A DNA stretch of 63,731 bases, the filler included, from Kipferlia bialata (lineage: Eukaryota): the NCBI GenBank assembly GCA_003568945.1. It is 7 parts of 6 records of this genome, joined end to end, with 100 filler letters (N's around TTAATTAATTAA, not from the genome) between each part and the next. Parts side by side here need not be neighbours in the genome. Positions count along the whole stretch, not along the records: positions 58,483 to 63,731 come from BDIP01001186.1; 6 more parts are not named here. One strand, written 5' to 3'. A model generated the notes under the pieces. The model saw only the letters and a list, made by a program, of their open reading frames with translations. It searched no databases and was not told where the DNA came from. Of the stretch, positions 62,189 to 63,731 are shown piece after piece. The position numbers were made by a program, and so were the translations under genes. Numbering within the stretch: the stretch's first letter is position 1; each line of letters opens with the position of its first letter.

Positions 62189-63510
62189 GTACACACACAC
62201 ACATATATATATACATATATATACCTAGCGACAGCTCCAGTGACCGTGTGTGCAGCGTGATGCTCTGCTTGACCCACCCACTCATCTGGGCCACCCTGCC
62301 CTGCACGTCCTGGGAGGGTTAGGGGTATATACAGTATATATATACGTATTACACACATACACACATATACATACCCTGTGCAGCCTGTGCACACTCTCGA
62401 CATCTGGCTCGCCAGGGTCTCTGGTGGTATCGGTGTACCTGGGGGTCAAGAGGAGTCAAGGAGGCTCACCAACCACACAGAATGAGAGGTATAGTCAATA
62501 TACACAGAGATTGCCACATATACATACCGTCTCTTCTTCTCCTCCAGCTGGTGCAGCTGCTATATACATACACATATACATCACTATGTAAGTACACTCA
62601 TATAATAAGCTGTCATCATACAGTGTCTTCTTCTCCAGCTGGTGGAGCTACCAAACAATAAAACTGTATACTCACATCACATTCTCCTCACTAAAAATTA
62701 TATTACACTATATAGCCTCTGCGTACCGTCTCTTCTTCTCCTCCAGCTGGTGGAGCTATATATATATAATCATACATATATATCCTATTCATTATATCTC
62801 TCTATGTATATACACTATGTATAGCCTCTACGTACCGTCTCTTCTTCTCCTCCAGCTGGTGCAGCTGCTCGTCTAGCTTCTTGGTCCTGGGGTGGGTAAA
62901 GGGGTCTATCCATACAACTAGTATATACTAGTATATCTGCAGCATACATGTATACCCGTGCATACCAGCTTCGTGGTCCTGGGGTGAGGGGAGGGGTCAA
63001 TGTACACTACACATATGCCCTATCATTACACCAATACGTCAGTCCAGAGCCTATCCGCAGAATATACACAACAACATACCTCCTCTCATAGCTCTGTGCC
63101 CTTATGTCAATCTCACTCTCCAGCTCCACTATGCGCCTCTTGGCGTCCTTGATGCCTGGAGGGTTAGATATAATCTATAATCGATATTTATCAAGTGTGA
63201 GTAAATAGATATCAGAGAGATACATTCCTGACAGACTAAATATATGGTCAGAGGGATATATATATATATTGAATAGGTGTCTCTTGGCGTCCTTCAGTCT
63301 TTAGTATTACAACACTCGGGAGAGAGAGACAGCTATTGATGTCATACATGCACTTATACCTATCTCCAGCTGGTTGCACTTTGTCTATATAGACATCCAA
63401 ATATATACACATATATACATATATGTGTACTACTATACCTATCTCCAGCTGGTTGCACTTTGTCTGCATCTCTGCAAAGGTGGTGGGCTCAGACCCATAG
63501 GAGGGGATGA
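58976..63510 (-). CDS. Coiled-coil protein, 15 exons seen, 5' end beyond the window
   Basis: Phase-consistent path: TKCNQLEIGIKDAKRRIVELESEIDIRAQSYERRTKKLDEQLHQLEEKKRR...YQTIVKESDWLRTEVQRLTELNTSLAQQEH...IIKVVNECLASIKEDM...KVAERLMHEEHLFSMLSDVLK...FRGDEE, with TGA at 58976-58978. Confidence 0.82.
60077..60578 (-). repeat. Exon ~60249-60317 flanked by three extra acceptor/exon-start copies and two extra exon-end/donor copies
   Basis: Plus-strand CCCTCTTCTCAG / CTCAGTGGCAACCTGGGGG copies at ~60393, 60480 and 60561. TACCTCCAGGTCT copies at ~60076 and 60167. Confidence 0.88.
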
Positions 63511-63517
63511 CTGGGGG

Positions 63518-63559
<42 letters not shown>

Positions 63560-63689
63560 GGTGGTGGAATCAGACCAATATATTGGAGTGCCTGGGGTGT
63601 AAGAGAGTGAAGGAACGGTAAACTCAGTAAGAAGAATATTGTGACAGAGTGAAAGGGGGAGAGACTGAATGGTGTGTGTGAGAGAGAGA

Positions 63690-63731
<42 letters not shown>

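Noticed and set aside
71..63559. Hundreds of short YIYI/SLSL/VCVC-rich ORFs in the ORF track
   Set aside because: Translations of intronic (TA)n, (CT)n and (CA)n microsatellites, or exon read-through into introns.

Overview
This is eukaryotic, extremely intron-rich genomic DNA. The window is not contiguous: it is seven contigs joined by synthetic 100-nt linkers (44 N + TTAATTAATTAA + 44 N), plus one ordinary N gap. Its style (short GT-AG introns ending in CT[G/C/A]AC-C(n)-YAG, (TA)n/(CA)n/(CT)n-filled introns, RERERE tracts in most proteins) suggests the free-living fornicate Kipferlia bialata. That assignment is an inference from style, not from a marker gene. Most ORFs in the supplied track are noise, so I rebuilt about 11 multi-exon genes by hand-splicing. 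They include a complete SprT/SPRTN-like metalloprotease, a small MGGSSS-initiated His/Lys-rich protein, a degenerate P-loop NTPase possibly of Crinkler/RHS type, a kelch plus coiled-coil protein, two further coiled-coil proteins, and a giant (~2,400 aa) coiled-coil gene with one in-frame TAG. There is also a 5'-truncated tRNA-Cys(GCA). The most striking unexplained signal is pervasive 'exon-end echoes'. Introns carry one to four extra partial copies of the neighbouring exon's end with its splice site: acceptor plus exon start upstream of the true exon, exon end plus donor downstream. These supposedly non-coding copies differ from the true exon mostly at synonymous positions.
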